Notes: generated from the letters alone by a model not told the origin. 64,000 bases of DNA from a virus (IMGVR_UViG_3300036831_000050:1-64000), one strand, 5' to 3'. Shown: positions 55,055 through 63,259, counted from the first letter of the stretch. Numbers and translations: made by a program.

Positions 55055-56107
55055 ATGTCACCCCGCAACACTCTCACCCCGGCCGAGCGAATCACGCTCA
55101 AGCGTGAAGTGTCGGCCGCCAGACTGGCCGCCAAGCGTGCCGCCGATGCCCGGACCGAATCACTCCGGCCGAGCGGCGGGCCAGCACTGCTACCGAATCT
55201 GGCCCAAATGCGCGAGCTGCGCGGCCAGCTCGAAGCGGCCGAGCTGCTGAAGCTGGCCCGCTCCGCCGCACGTTTGGAGCTGCGCGGCGAACGGTACTCG
55301 GCAGATGACCGCGCCGATGTCGCCGCGTCCATAGTGGCGGCCGTGCTGGCCGACACTGGCGGAGCGATGCCGCGCCGCGAATCACCCCGGATCAAACTTG
55401 GCCGCTTGTGCGGCGACGCGAAGAACTTGCGCCGCTCAATCGACGCGGCGCGGGAGCGTGACCAGCTCGAAGCTGGCCGCGAAGCTGCGCGGCATGCGCT
55501 CACGGCCGATGCTCTGGGCCACTCGCCCACCCCGGCCGCTCATGCCGCCATCGTGGCCCGCTCTGGGGAGCTGGCCGCCGAGCGTGCCGCCACTGCGATA
55601 TGCGCCGAGCTTGGCCTACCGGCCGACCCGGACACGGCCGCTTGGAGCGTGCTCTATCAATGGGCACGCGGCGCCACTGGCGAAGTCTGCGCCGCCGAGC
55701 GTGGGGCCACGTGGGGAGCTTGGAAGGTCCGCCAGACACGCGGCGCCAAGTTCCTGCGCGAGTTCTACTCCGCCGCCGAGCTGATGGCGCGGCTAACGCT
55801 TGGCGCCACAGTGGGCGAGGATGGCGCGATTGTCTTTGCTCTGGAGGATGACTCGCGCGAAGCGCACGGCCGCACGCCGATCATGGCGCCAGACTGGCGC
55901 GAGCACCCCGACACGGCCGCGCCGATGCTCAAGCGGGCCATGTCACCCCGCGAGCGTGTCCACTGGCGCCGCCGCCGCGAGCATCGCGCCGACACGGCCG
56001 AGCAGACGGCCGCCGCTCTGGCCAGACTGGCCCGCGCGTATGCCACCAGCTCGCGCCGCGAACGTGCCGCCGCCAGAACTTCAGACCTACCCCGGATAGG
56101 AGGATGA
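55055..56107 (+). CDS. Divergent ECF-sigma-factor-like protein
   Basis: Region-2-like 'YSADDRADVAASIV' and region-4-like 'LYQWARGATGEVCAAERGATWGAWKVRQTRGAKFLR'. Confidence 0.45.
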   Translation: MSPRNTLTPAERITLKREVSAARLAAKRAADARTESLRPSGGPALLPNLAQMRELRGQLEAAELLKLARSAARLELRGERYSADDRADVAASIVAAVLADTGGAMPRRESPRIKLGRLCGDAKNLRRSIDAARERDQLEAGREAARHALTADALGHSPTPAAHAAIVARSGELAAERAATAICAELGLPADPDTAAWSVLYQWARGATGEVCAAERGATWGAWKVRQTRGAKFLREFYSAAELMARLTLGATVGEDGAIVFALEDDSREAHGRTPIMAPDWREHPDTAAPMLKRAMSPRERVHWRRRREHRADTAEQTAAALARLARAYATSSRRERAAARTSDLPRIGG

Positions 56108-56111
56108 CCAG

Positions 56112-56354
56112 ATGACCAGCGAAGAGACCGCACGCGCAGCTCTGGCCCGCTCACGCGGGCCATGGGCCACCCCGGCCGCGCGAGCACTGGCGGAGCGTGT
56201 CCAAGCGTGCGAGCTGGCCGCTCTGGCCCGCTCCGCGCCGCTCACCCCGGCCGCGCCGCACGTGCCCGCTCGCGCAGTGCCGCCCCCGTACCGGCCGCGC
56301 ATGCTGGCCCGCGTGCTGATGGCCGCCGCGCCGCATGCGCTGCGCGCGGGGTAG
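56112..56354 (+). CDS. Ala-rich hypothetical protein
   Basis: AGGAGG RBS. Confidence 0.4.
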   Translation: MTSEETARAALARSRGPWATPAARALAERVQACELAALARSAPLTPAAPHVPARAVPPPYRPRMLARVLMAAAPHALRAG

Positions 56355-56831
56355 CGTGGGAAGTCCACGCGCGGACGTGCCGCCCCCCCCTTCCGCGTGG
56401 GAGGACGGGTGGCGCGCCCGAACCCCTCACCTGACTCTCTCCCGCAGTAGACCCCCTCTCGCACCGCTTACGAACTGTGTCGAGTTCTGCGGTAACAGTC
56501 CAACTGCCGTTCACTCCTAGCCAGCCCCCCAGGCCGACGGCCCGCGAGCGCCCCCCATCGGGTCCACCAGGGGACGGTCGGCGCCAATTCCTGCACAGTG
56601 CATACTCGCGGGGCGACACTGCGGCTCCCACGGTGATACTGTGCACCCGCCTAGGGTTACCTCTCCCGCTTGCCCCCTCGTCCGCCTTGCTCAGGGTCGC
56701 ACCCTGTGTCGGGCCACCTGGGGCCTCGCGGTGAAGTGGCTCTAGGCTACGGCGCCCCCACCGGGGCTTCCCCGTAGAGGGTGGGCGGCTTCTGATCGGC
56801 AGAGTCGCCCCCCTCTGATACTCTCACCCGC

Positions 56832-57050
56832 GTGGCGGACACAGGCATCGTGCGCGAGCTGCTGGGGTGCGAGTGGGGTCGGGCACTCTCCACACCCGAC
56901 GATACTGTGCCCTGCGAGGAGCGCGCCGTCGGCTACGTGGTCGTTCACGACGGCGATGCGGAGGCCGCCTTCAAGCTGTGCCAGCGCCACCACGACCGCC
57001 TCTCCCAGGAGACCACCCCGAGGGAGGTGACCGATGGCGCCCCCGCTTGA
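56832..57050 (+). CDS. Small Cys/His protein
   Basis: Follows extended -10 TGATACTCT; probably leaderless. Confidence 0.5.
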   Translation: MADTGIVRELLGCEWGRALSTPDDTVPCEERAVGYVVVHDGDAEAAFKLCQRHHDRLSQETTPREVTDGAPA

Positions 57051-57351
57051 GCGCCAGGGCCTTGACCTGCTGCTGGCGAAGTTCCCCGAGGCGACCGTCT
57101 ACCACGCTGGCCGCCCGCTGGTCTTGGACCGGCAGATGTGCGGCACCGTGATGGAGACTCCCTGGCTGGCCTGCGACCTGACAGTGGACGGCACCGTGCG
57201 CAAGTTCGCTATCTGGAAGACGACCGGCGCGGTGTACGAGCTGGACGAGCACGGCGCCGTCATGGAGGACACGCTGTTCGGCTACCCCTGCGCAGTGTGC
57301 GGCTTCCAGGGCACCTGCGGCGACCCACCCGGAGAGGACTGTCACTCATGA
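57034..57351 (+). CDS. Hypothetical protein
   Basis: GGAGG RBS. Confidence 0.6.
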   Translation: MAPPLERQGLDLLLAKFPEATVYHAGRPLVLDRQMCGTVMETPWLACDLTVDGTVRKFAIWKTTGAVYELDEHGAVMEDTLFGYPCAVCGFQGTCGDPPGEDCHS

Positions 57352-57719
57352 AGCTCCGCCGTGACCTGCTGAGCGAGCAGGAGATGCGCGACGCCGTGCT
57401 GTGCGGCGAGGCCATGGCGCTGCGCCAGATGAACAAGCCGATCTCCCCCGAGCACCAGGAGGCCGAGCGCCGACACGCTGCCTGGCGCAAGGCCGAGGAG
57501 GAGGGCATGGGCACGGCGCCGGAAGTGACTTACGGGCCAATTCTCGTTTCGCTGTTAGTCGTGCTCTCGACCATCGGCCTCGCCGTGGCCGTGGGCTTCC
57601 TGCTCAGGGACGAGGGCGCACCGAAGTGGGGTGCCGAGCTGGGCGCCATACTCACCCTGCTGGTCATGTGTGCCAACTGCCTGCTCTTCGCCGTTCTGTA
57701 CGCCACTACCCGGAGGTGA
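57348..57719 (+). CDS. Two-TM membrane protein
   Basis: Two hydrophobic C-terminal helices; ATGA-coupled. Confidence 0.6.
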   Translation: MKLRRDLLSEQEMRDAVLCGEAMALRQMNKPISPEHQEAERRHAAWRKAEEEGMGTAPEVTYGPILVSLLVVLSTIGLAVAVGFLLRDEGAPKWGAELGAILTLLVMCANCLLFAVLYATTRR

Positions 57720-57721
57720 CA

Positions 57722-57928
57722 GTGGACGAGAACCCCAACGCATACGACGTACAGGGCATCGCTGCGGCGCATGACAGCCTCCAGTCGGTGCTCCCACCCC
57801 AGCTCGACAAGCTGTGGAAGGCCGGGGCCACGCTGGAGGACATCGAGGCGTCCCTGGCCGTGGCCGTCCAGTCCTGCTCGATGTACGGCCGTCACCAACA
57901 CTGCACCGTCACGGTGGCGCTCTCATGA
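57722..57928 (+). CDS. Hypothetical protein
   Basis: GGAGG RBS. Confidence 0.5.
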   Translation: MDENPNAYDVQGIAAAHDSLQSVLPPQLDKLWKAGATLEDIEASLAVAVQSCSMYGRHQHCTVTVALS

Positions 57929-58137
57929 TGGTCAAGGTGGAGGTGCTGCATCGGCACGGCCGTCCCGGCGACACGCCGGTCTGGCAGTCGGCGGCCATGG
58001 AGGTGGGCGAGGCCGAGCACTACGTGCCTTCGGACGACCTGATGCAGGAGTTGCACGACTGCCTGGCCGAGCAGGCGCAGCGGGTGGTGGAGGGCAACGC
58101 CTGCGAAGTCACCGTCACCTTCCAGCCAGCCGTATGA
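57925..58137 (+). CDS. Hypothetical protein
   Basis: ATGA-coupled. Confidence 0.5.
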   Translation: MMVKVEVLHRHGRPGDTPVWQSAAMEVGEAEHYVPSDDLMQELHDCLAEQAQRVVEGNACEVTVTFQPAV

Positions 58138-58343
58138 CCGAGCCTGTCACACACATCTACGTGGGCGGGTCGAAGAAGGTGTGGTGCGGCATCAAGCTGG
58201 CGCGCGACGCGCAGGGCCACCTCCGCTTCAGCACCCCGGCGCCGATCACCGAGGGCGAGTTCGTGGACGGCCACCACGGGTCCAGGGACCTATGCCCGGA
58301 CTGCCGTCAGCGCGTAGTGGCTATCAGGGGCGAGCCTGCGTGA
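58134..58343 (+). CDS. Small Zn-binding protein (H...C...CPDC)
   Basis: ATGA-coupled. Confidence 0.5.
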   Translation: MTEPVTHIYVGGSKKVWCGIKLARDAQGHLRFSTPAPITEGEFVDGHHGSRDLCPDCRQRVVAIRGEPA

Positions 58344-58762
58344 CACCCGGCATGCCAGCCCAGGACGACGACGAGCCGTGCCCCTGGTGCCAGTGCCCGC
58401 CCGAGAAGTACGACGGGCACGCCTGCGACGAGTATCCGCCCCAGCCCGAGCACTGTCACCATGAGTGGGTGCTGGGCAACGATGACTGCATACACCGCTG
58501 CGGCACCCGGTGGTCAGAGCTTCACCCCGACCACCCCGACATGCTGCTGGACCCCGAGCCTGGCTGGGAGGGTAAGACGGTCACGGCCAGGGCGCTGGAG
58601 CGGTCGGCCGAGGAGCTACGTGCGCTGGCCGACTGGGTACGCGGCGTGAGGACCACGCACTACATCATCGACAAGTTCATGGCCCGCCTGTGCCTGCTGG
58701 TCACCTTCGCCGCTGGCATGGCCATCGGGGCACTGGTCATGGTCCTGGCCATCTTCGGCTAG
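58340..58762 (+). CDS. Cys-rich protein with C-terminal TM anchor
   Basis: GTGA-coupled; hydrophobic C-terminus. Confidence 0.55.
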   Translation: MTPGMPAQDDDEPCPWCQCPPEKYDGHACDEYPPQPEHCHHEWVLGNDDCIHRCGTRWSELHPDHPDMLLDPEPGWEGKTVTARALERSAEELRALADWVRGVRTTHYIIDKFMARLCLLVTFAAGMAIGALVMVLAIFG

Positions 58763-58882
58763 ACTCACCGCCGTCAACGACGAGAGGAGGCGCACCCACG
58801 CCCAACCTGCGCGGGCTTCCAGTAATCGGAGCTAGTGCGAACGCGCCCGCTGGACAGTGACCATACGAACTAGGAGGCTTCA

Positions 58883-59437
58883 GTGAAGCGTCTGATTCTC
58901 GCGGCGAGCTGTGTGCTCGCCGTTTCTGCGCCCGCCGCTCTGGCCGCAACGCCGACGCGGGCACACACCACGAAGTACACCCACCTCTACCGAGAGGTTG
59001 CCCGGAAGTTCGGCAAGCGGACCCCTGGCCGCAACATCGTCAACGATGGCGTGTCCTCTGGGCGCGGCGCCACCGACGCTGAGGTGGCCAAGAGCATCAC
59101 GGTGCTGGAGCGCATGCTGGCTCCGCCCCCGGTGCCAAGCTCGGTGCCAAGTGGCAACCCGGCTGGCACCACCAGTTACGGGTCAACTTCCGTCAGCTCG
59201 TACAGCTCGGCGGGCGCGTCGGGAGTCCCGGCGTGTGCATCGGAGTCGGGGACGAACTACTCGACTGGCTCGGCCAATACCAACGCCTCGTCTGGCGCCA
59301 CCGGCCGCTACCAGATCATTCCGTCCACGGCTGCGGCCTATGGCTGCGATCTCTCGACACCGGCAGGGCAGGACTCCTGCGCTCAGGCCATCTACGCCCA
59401 CCAGGGCGCTGGTGCCTGGGTGGGTTGCGGGGGCTAG
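58883..59437 (+). CDS. Secreted resuscitation-promoting-factor (Rpf)-type lytic transglycosylase
   Basis: Sec signal MKRLILAASCVLAVSAPAALA and Ser/Pro linker. Rpf-like domain 'CASESGTNY...GATGRYQIIPST...YG...QD..A..IYAHQGAGAWVGC' with catalytic Glu. Confidence 0.8.
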   Translation: MKRLILAASCVLAVSAPAALAATPTRAHTTKYTHLYREVARKFGKRTPGRNIVNDGVSSGRGATDAEVAKSITVLERMLAPPPVPSSVPSGNPAGTTSYGSTSVSSYSSAGASGVPACASESGTNYSTGSANTNASSGATGRYQIIPSTAAAYGCDLSTPAGQDSCAQAIYAHQGAGAWVGCGG

Positions 59438-59448
59438 GACGCGGAGCT

Positions 59449-59479
59449 GGGGTTTCCACTCGATTCGGGTGGAAACCCC
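59449..59479 (+). terminator. Hairpin after the Rpf gene
   Basis: GGGGTTTCCAC pairs with GTGGAAACCCC. Confidence 0.6.
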
Positions 59480-59507
59480 GCACCCCGCAAAGAGCGACAA
59501 TCTGTGG

Positions 59508-59524
59508 TGTCGCAGGCTGCCACA
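59508..59524. promoter_or_regulatory. 17-bp operator copy (TGTCGCA-GGC-TGCCACA) just upstream of extended -10 TGATACCGT
   Basis: Intergenic, upstream of the tRNA-like element. Confidence 0.6.
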
Positions 59525-59549
59525 GTTCTGATACCGTCCCCGCCTCAGG

Positions 59550-59614
59550 CGCGGGTGCTGGCTCTGACGGGCCTCAACAGCCCAGAGGACGAGGTTCGAT
59601 TCCTCGGCCCGCTA
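59550..59614 (+). tRNA. Atypical D-armless tRNA-like RNA, initiator-like, anticodon CAA
   Basis: Acceptor CGCGGGT/GCCCGCT-A, T-arm CGAGG-TTCGATT-CCTCG, anticodon arm GGGC-CTCAACA-GCCC; no D stem and no encoded CCA. Confidence 0.6.
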
Positions 59615-59615
59615 T

Positions 59616-60002
59616 GTGGACGACGAACTGGACAGGGCCATCGACGCCGCCTTCAGCGCGGACCGACCCCTCGGCAAGCTGGAGCGCGAGCTGCGCGACC
59701 TGATCGACCTTACACAGATGGCCACCGCCGACGTGCCGAGTCGCATACGCTTGACCGTGATGTGCCCACCGGGCATGGCCGTGCTGGTGCCCTACGAGGA
59801 GGACGGCGGCGTGCCGCTGCTGGAGCGCACCGTAGGCGACGGCGGCCCGAAGGAAGTGCTCATGCACCCCGACGACTGGGAGCGCATTGTCGCCACCGTG
59901 CCTGACATGTCAGATTCGCCCTTCAAGGACCGGGCGTCGTTTTACCAGGGCATTCCTGTCATCAAAGATCAACCCAACAAACCAACTGGAGGTGAGCAGT
60001 AA
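59616..60002 (+). CDS. Hypothetical protein
   Basis: Typical codon usage, coupled to the next gene. Confidence 0.55.
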   Translation: MDDELDRAIDAAFSADRPLGKLERELRDLIDLTQMATADVPSRIRLTVMCPPGMAVLVPYEEDGGVPLLERTVGDGGPKEVLMHPDDWERIVATVPDMSDSPFKDRASFYQGIPVIKDQPNKPTGGEQ

Positions 60003-60319
60003 TGTGGGAGTTCACGCAGGTCGAAGGCTCTGGCCCGCCCATGGACATCGAGGCCAAGACCGATGACAGCAACGCCGAGCTGGCGGAGCTGAGGGACCTG
60101 TTCAACGAGGGCGAGTTCGAGCCGGGTGACTGGAAGACGGTCGCCAACTTCGACGCCGCCACGGCGGGCGAAGACGGTCTGACGATGTTCGTCATTCCCG
60201 GCGACGAGGCCGGGGAAATCTCGGACTACTGGGACGAGCTGGGAGCGTTCCTGCACGAATGCAACCAGAAGGCCATGGCCGCCGCCGAGGCCGAGGCCGA
60301 GAAGGCGGCATCGGCATGA
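60002..60319 (+). CDS. Highly acidic small protein
   Basis: GGAGG RBS; strongly D/E-rich. Confidence 0.65.
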   Translation: MWEFTQVEGSGPPMDIEAKTDDSNAELAELRDLFNEGEFEPGDWKTVANFDAATAGEDGLTMFVIPGDEAGEISDYWDELGAFLHECNQKAMAAAEAEAEKAASA

Positions 60320-60495
60320 AGTACGTCGGCATTGTCATACAGGGCATGGTGCTCGACAGCGCCGCTGTCACGGTGGGCGAGGACTCGCAGGCCGTCCTCC
60401 AGTCCGCCGAGGGCGAAGCACACAGCCGCAACCAGAAGATCGAGATGGAGGAGGGCTACACGGCAATCGTCCTGTCACTGCCCGACGAGTCATGA
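60316..60495 (+). CDS. Small hypothetical protein
   Basis: ATGA-coupled. Confidence 0.5.
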   Translation: MKYVGIVIQGMVLDSAAVTVGEDSQAVLQSAEGEAHSRNQKIEMEEGYTAIVLSLPDES

Positions 60496-61025
60496 GCGGC
60501 GCCGTGCAGGTCAGCTTCGCTCACGCCCACCCGGCACCCGACGGGCTGGAGCCGGGACGGGGTGACATGGGTCTCGACTGCACCTTCAGGAAGGTGTGGT
60601 GCTCGATGGTGGACGCGGTGGTGGAGTACGCGGGCGAGTTCGCAGGCTGGGACGGCTCGAAGGGAATCATCACCCGCGCCACGGAGTCGCTTGACCACCA
60701 CCCCAACCTGAAGAGGTGGTGCCCGTCCGGCTGGTTCTACGTGGTGGAGGGCATCGAGCCGGTGGTGTCAAACGGCCAGCATGTCAGGGCCGGTGAAGTC
60801 ATCGGTCACGCGGCACGCAACCCGTACAACGGCATCATCGGCAACATCGAGCACGGTGTGTCCGCGCAGGGTCGGCCGGGTGAGCACGTACAAGTCGATG
60901 CGCTCGCCAAGGTCATGGGCGAGGGCAGTGACGCTCGCCGCATGGTGTTCAACTACGAGTGGGGCTGCGTGCACATCATCGGCATGTCACCCGCCACGAC
61001 GATGGTGGACGCCGGTCACGCATGA
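60492..61025 (+). CDS. M23-peptidase-like (duplicated hybrid fold) protein with variant metal ligands
   Basis: 'RGDMGLD' in place of HxGxD, 'VVSNGQHVRAGEVIG', and 'GNIEHG' in place of HLH. Confidence 0.5.
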   Translation: MSGAVQVSFAHAHPAPDGLEPGRGDMGLDCTFRKVWCSMVDAVVEYAGEFAGWDGSKGIITRATESLDHHPNLKRWCPSGWFYVVEGIEPVVSNGQHVRAGEVIGHAARNPYNGIIGNIEHGVSAQGRPGEHVQVDALAKVMGEGSDARRMVFNYEWGCVHIIGMSPATTMVDAGHA

Positions 61026-61228
61026 GGGCGTTCGAGGCCACCGACACCATGACAGTACGTCGGGTCAAGGCGATCAATCGCCAGACTGGCCGCGAGCACG
61101 GCATCGCTCTGCTCGGTGACTTCGATGGTGACATCGAAGCGTTCGAGGAGATTCGTCGCCACTACCCGAAGCGGCTCTACAAGATCGTGGACCGCGAGAC
61201 CGGCGAAGAGATCGAGCTGGACAGTTGA
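61022..61228 (+). CDS. Small hypothetical protein
   Basis: ATGA-coupled. Confidence 0.5.
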   Translation: MRAFEATDTMTVRRVKAINRQTGREHGIALLGDFDGDIEAFEEIRRHYPKRLYKIVDRETGEEIELDS

Positions 61229-61566
61229 GCTTCCGCGACCGCATGGAAGAGGAGGACCGCAACTGGCAGTTCGAGGACGAGCGCCGAGCTGAGCGCGAGC
61301 GCGAGCATGCGCCTGCGCCCCGGTTCGGCATTCCGGCCATCTCCGAGCTGGAGGGCTGTAACCCGACCATCGGGCCGGACCCCGTGCTCCTACTGGTCGT
61401 GCAGGTTCCACCAGGGACCGAAGGGGCTGTAGTGAGGGCGGTGGCGAGGCACGCCAAGTCTCACAGTGTCACACTGATGCTGTGGACGAGGCGGCCTCGC
61501 CGCCGCCAACGTCGTGCAATGAAACTTCTGTGGGGCCGTAAGCTCGGCAAGCGGCTCACAGGCTAA
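61225..61566 (+). CDS. Hypothetical protein
   Basis: TTGA-coupled TTG start. Confidence 0.45.
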   Translation: MSFRDRMEEEDRNWQFEDERRAEREREHAPAPRFGIPAISELEGCNPTIGPDPVLLLVVQVPPGTEGAVVRAVARHAKSHSVTLMLWTRRPRRRQRRAMKLLWGRKLGKRLTG

Positions 61567-61578
61567 CGAGAGGAAGAC

Positions 61579-61989
61579 ATGGAAGCAGCAACAGTGACGC
61601 CGGACCAGACGGAGACCAAGGCCGAAGAGGCCGAGGAGTCAACGCCCGAGCAGCGGGCGGAGCAGGAGGCGATCATCGGAGACCCCGGCATCGAGACCGA
61701 GGCGCCGATGGCCGAGCGCACCACGCCGCCCGCGAAGTCCTGGGCGGTCTACCAGTACGACTCAACGGCAGTTCCGCCAGCGCCGCAGTGTCACATCTTC
61801 GGCTACGACACGGCGGGCAACCCGCTGGACGAGGCCGGAGCCAACGACCTGCTGGCACGGCTCTCGCCCGGACACTCCGGCACACTCATGGCGTTGCCCA
61901 ACGAGGACGCGCCCGACCTGCCACCCGCGCCTGCCGCTGCGGCCCCGCTGGAAGAGCCGCACGCCGAGCAGAACCACGACAACGCATAG
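61579..61989 (+). CDS. Hypothetical acidic protein
   Basis: GAGGA RBS. Confidence 0.6.
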   Translation: MEAATVTPDQTETKAEEAEESTPEQRAEQEAIIGDPGIETEAPMAERTTPPAKSWAVYQYDSTAVPPAPQCHIFGYDTAGNPLDEAGANDLLARLSPGHSGTLMALPNEDAPDLPPAPAAAAPLEEPHAEQNHDNA

Positions 61990-62058
61990 GTGTCGCTCAT
62001 GGAGGGTAGACCTGCTACCGTCGGTCCCCTCCAGTTCGTTGGCATGGACGCCAACATC

Positions 62059-62099
62059 GCCCCGCCGCTCAGCGCCCCCGAGCGGCGGGGCATCTTTTT
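62059..62099 (+). terminator. Intrinsic terminator
   Basis: GCCCCGCCGCTC/GAGCGGCGGGGC stem followed by ATCTTTTT. Confidence 0.75.
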
Positions 62100-62119
62100 G
62101 CCCAAATTGCGGGGTCACC

Positions 62120-62136
62120 TGTTGCAGGCTGCCACA
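62120..62136. promoter_or_regulatory. 17-bp operator copy (TGTTGCA-GGC-TGCCACA)
   Basis: Intergenic, immediately after the terminator. Confidence 0.6.
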
Positions 62137-62209
62137 GCACGTGGTATGAGTCCCACCAAGTGTCAGAGGACTGACGCTAACACCGGGACCAGATCGGAGG
62201 GGCACTGCA

Positions 62210-62413
62210 ATGCTCTCCACAGTCATGCAGGAAGTCAGGGACAGACTCCACGGAGGCGAGCCGTTCGAGAGGGTCGAAGCCTTCATCGAATACGCGCCCG
62301 GTCTGACAGACGAGGAGCGTGCCGCGCTCTGGCTGCTCGCCTGGTCAGACGGCGATCTCCAGGCGATGTCATTCGACCTGGGGCGCTCACACGACTTGGT
62401 GGTCTGTGACTGA
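62210..62413 (+). CDS. Small protein ('EERAALWLLAWS' motif)
   Basis: GGAGG RBS. Confidence 0.55.
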   Translation: MLSTVMQEVRDRLHGGEPFERVEAFIEYAPGLTDEERAALWLLAWSDGDLQAMSFDLGRSHDLVVCD

Positions 62414-62792
62414 CATCGTTGTCACCTGGCCGAAGGACCGGCGACTCGCCAGCTACATCGCGGGCTGCATGAACGCCAAGTCCGACGGCCAGGTCATCAA
62501 CTTCAGGGTGCGCAACCCACCCAATCGTGGGCGGCTGTTCGAGGAGGGGGAGCAGCCGCCCCGTCTGTACCGGGTGCACGACGGGTTCGTCCGTGGCTAC
62601 ACGCCGATTACCGCTGTCACATTCAAGGACGACGTGATAAGAGTCGCGGACGACCCGTTGCCTGGCTACTGGCCACCGGGCTGGTACATCGTGTGCGACC
62701 CGACGTGGACCGACGCGCAAAAACCGTTGCAGGCCATGAAGGGCTTTCGCGGTTTCCGCTGGTTCCAGCGGCCGATGCGCGACGGCGGCTAG
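62406..62792 (+). CDS. Hypothetical protein (possible PUA/ASCH-like fold)
   Basis: 'RLYRVHDGFVRGY ... MKGFRGFRWF'; start approximate. Confidence 0.5.
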   Translation: MTDIVVTWPKDRRLASYIAGCMNAKSDGQVINFRVRNPPNRGRLFEEGEQPPRLYRVHDGFVRGYTPITAVTFKDDVIRVADDPLPGYWPPGWYIVCDPTWTDAQKPLQAMKGFRGFRWFQRPMRDGG

Positions 62793-62932
62793 AAGCTAGA
62801 ATCTAGGCATGAACTTCAATCGAGGCGTAGAGCGGGTCCGGCGTGTCATGAGGGAACGCGAGGAGGCGGCCCGACGGTCGGTCGGCCTCCGGCGTAAATT
62901 ACGAACCAGAGTCCAACCGTCAGGAGGAAGCA

Positions 62933-63259
62933 ATGACGAATATCGCCAAGTGGGAGGAAGGGACCGAGATCACACTGGACAGCGAGGTTGAGGCCGCCTC
63001 CGCAGGCTGGGTCCTCAACTACGCGAGCGTCCTGCGCATCGGTAGCGCGGTCGCGGTCCACATCGAGGCGACGAGCGATGGGACCGGCACCGGCCACATC
63101 TGCACGCTCCCTCCCCAGTTCGCCCCCGGCGCCCTGGTGACCACCTCGGACGGTCTGTTCACCATCGCGCAGGACGGCACCGTGACGCGGCTCGCGGGCG
63201 GCGCGGCCGGAGTCGGCCGCATCAACGTCAACTACGCCGCTGGCGAGGCATCGCCCTGA
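62933..63259 (+). CDS. Small beta-rich protein resembling tail-fibre C-terminal domains
   Basis: 'ICTLPPQFAP...FTIAQDGTV' motif; AGGAGG RBS. Confidence 0.55.
   Translation: MTNIAKWEEGTEITLDSEVEAASAGWVLNYASVLRIGSAVAVHIEATSDGTGTGHICTLPPQFAPGALVTTSDGLFTIAQDGTVTRLAGGAAGVGRINVNYAAGEASP

Noticed and set aside
58763-58882. c-di-AMP (ydaO) riboswitch
   Set aside because: Expected conserved segments (GGGGTGAAT, CCCGAACC..CAGCTAAC) are not present.
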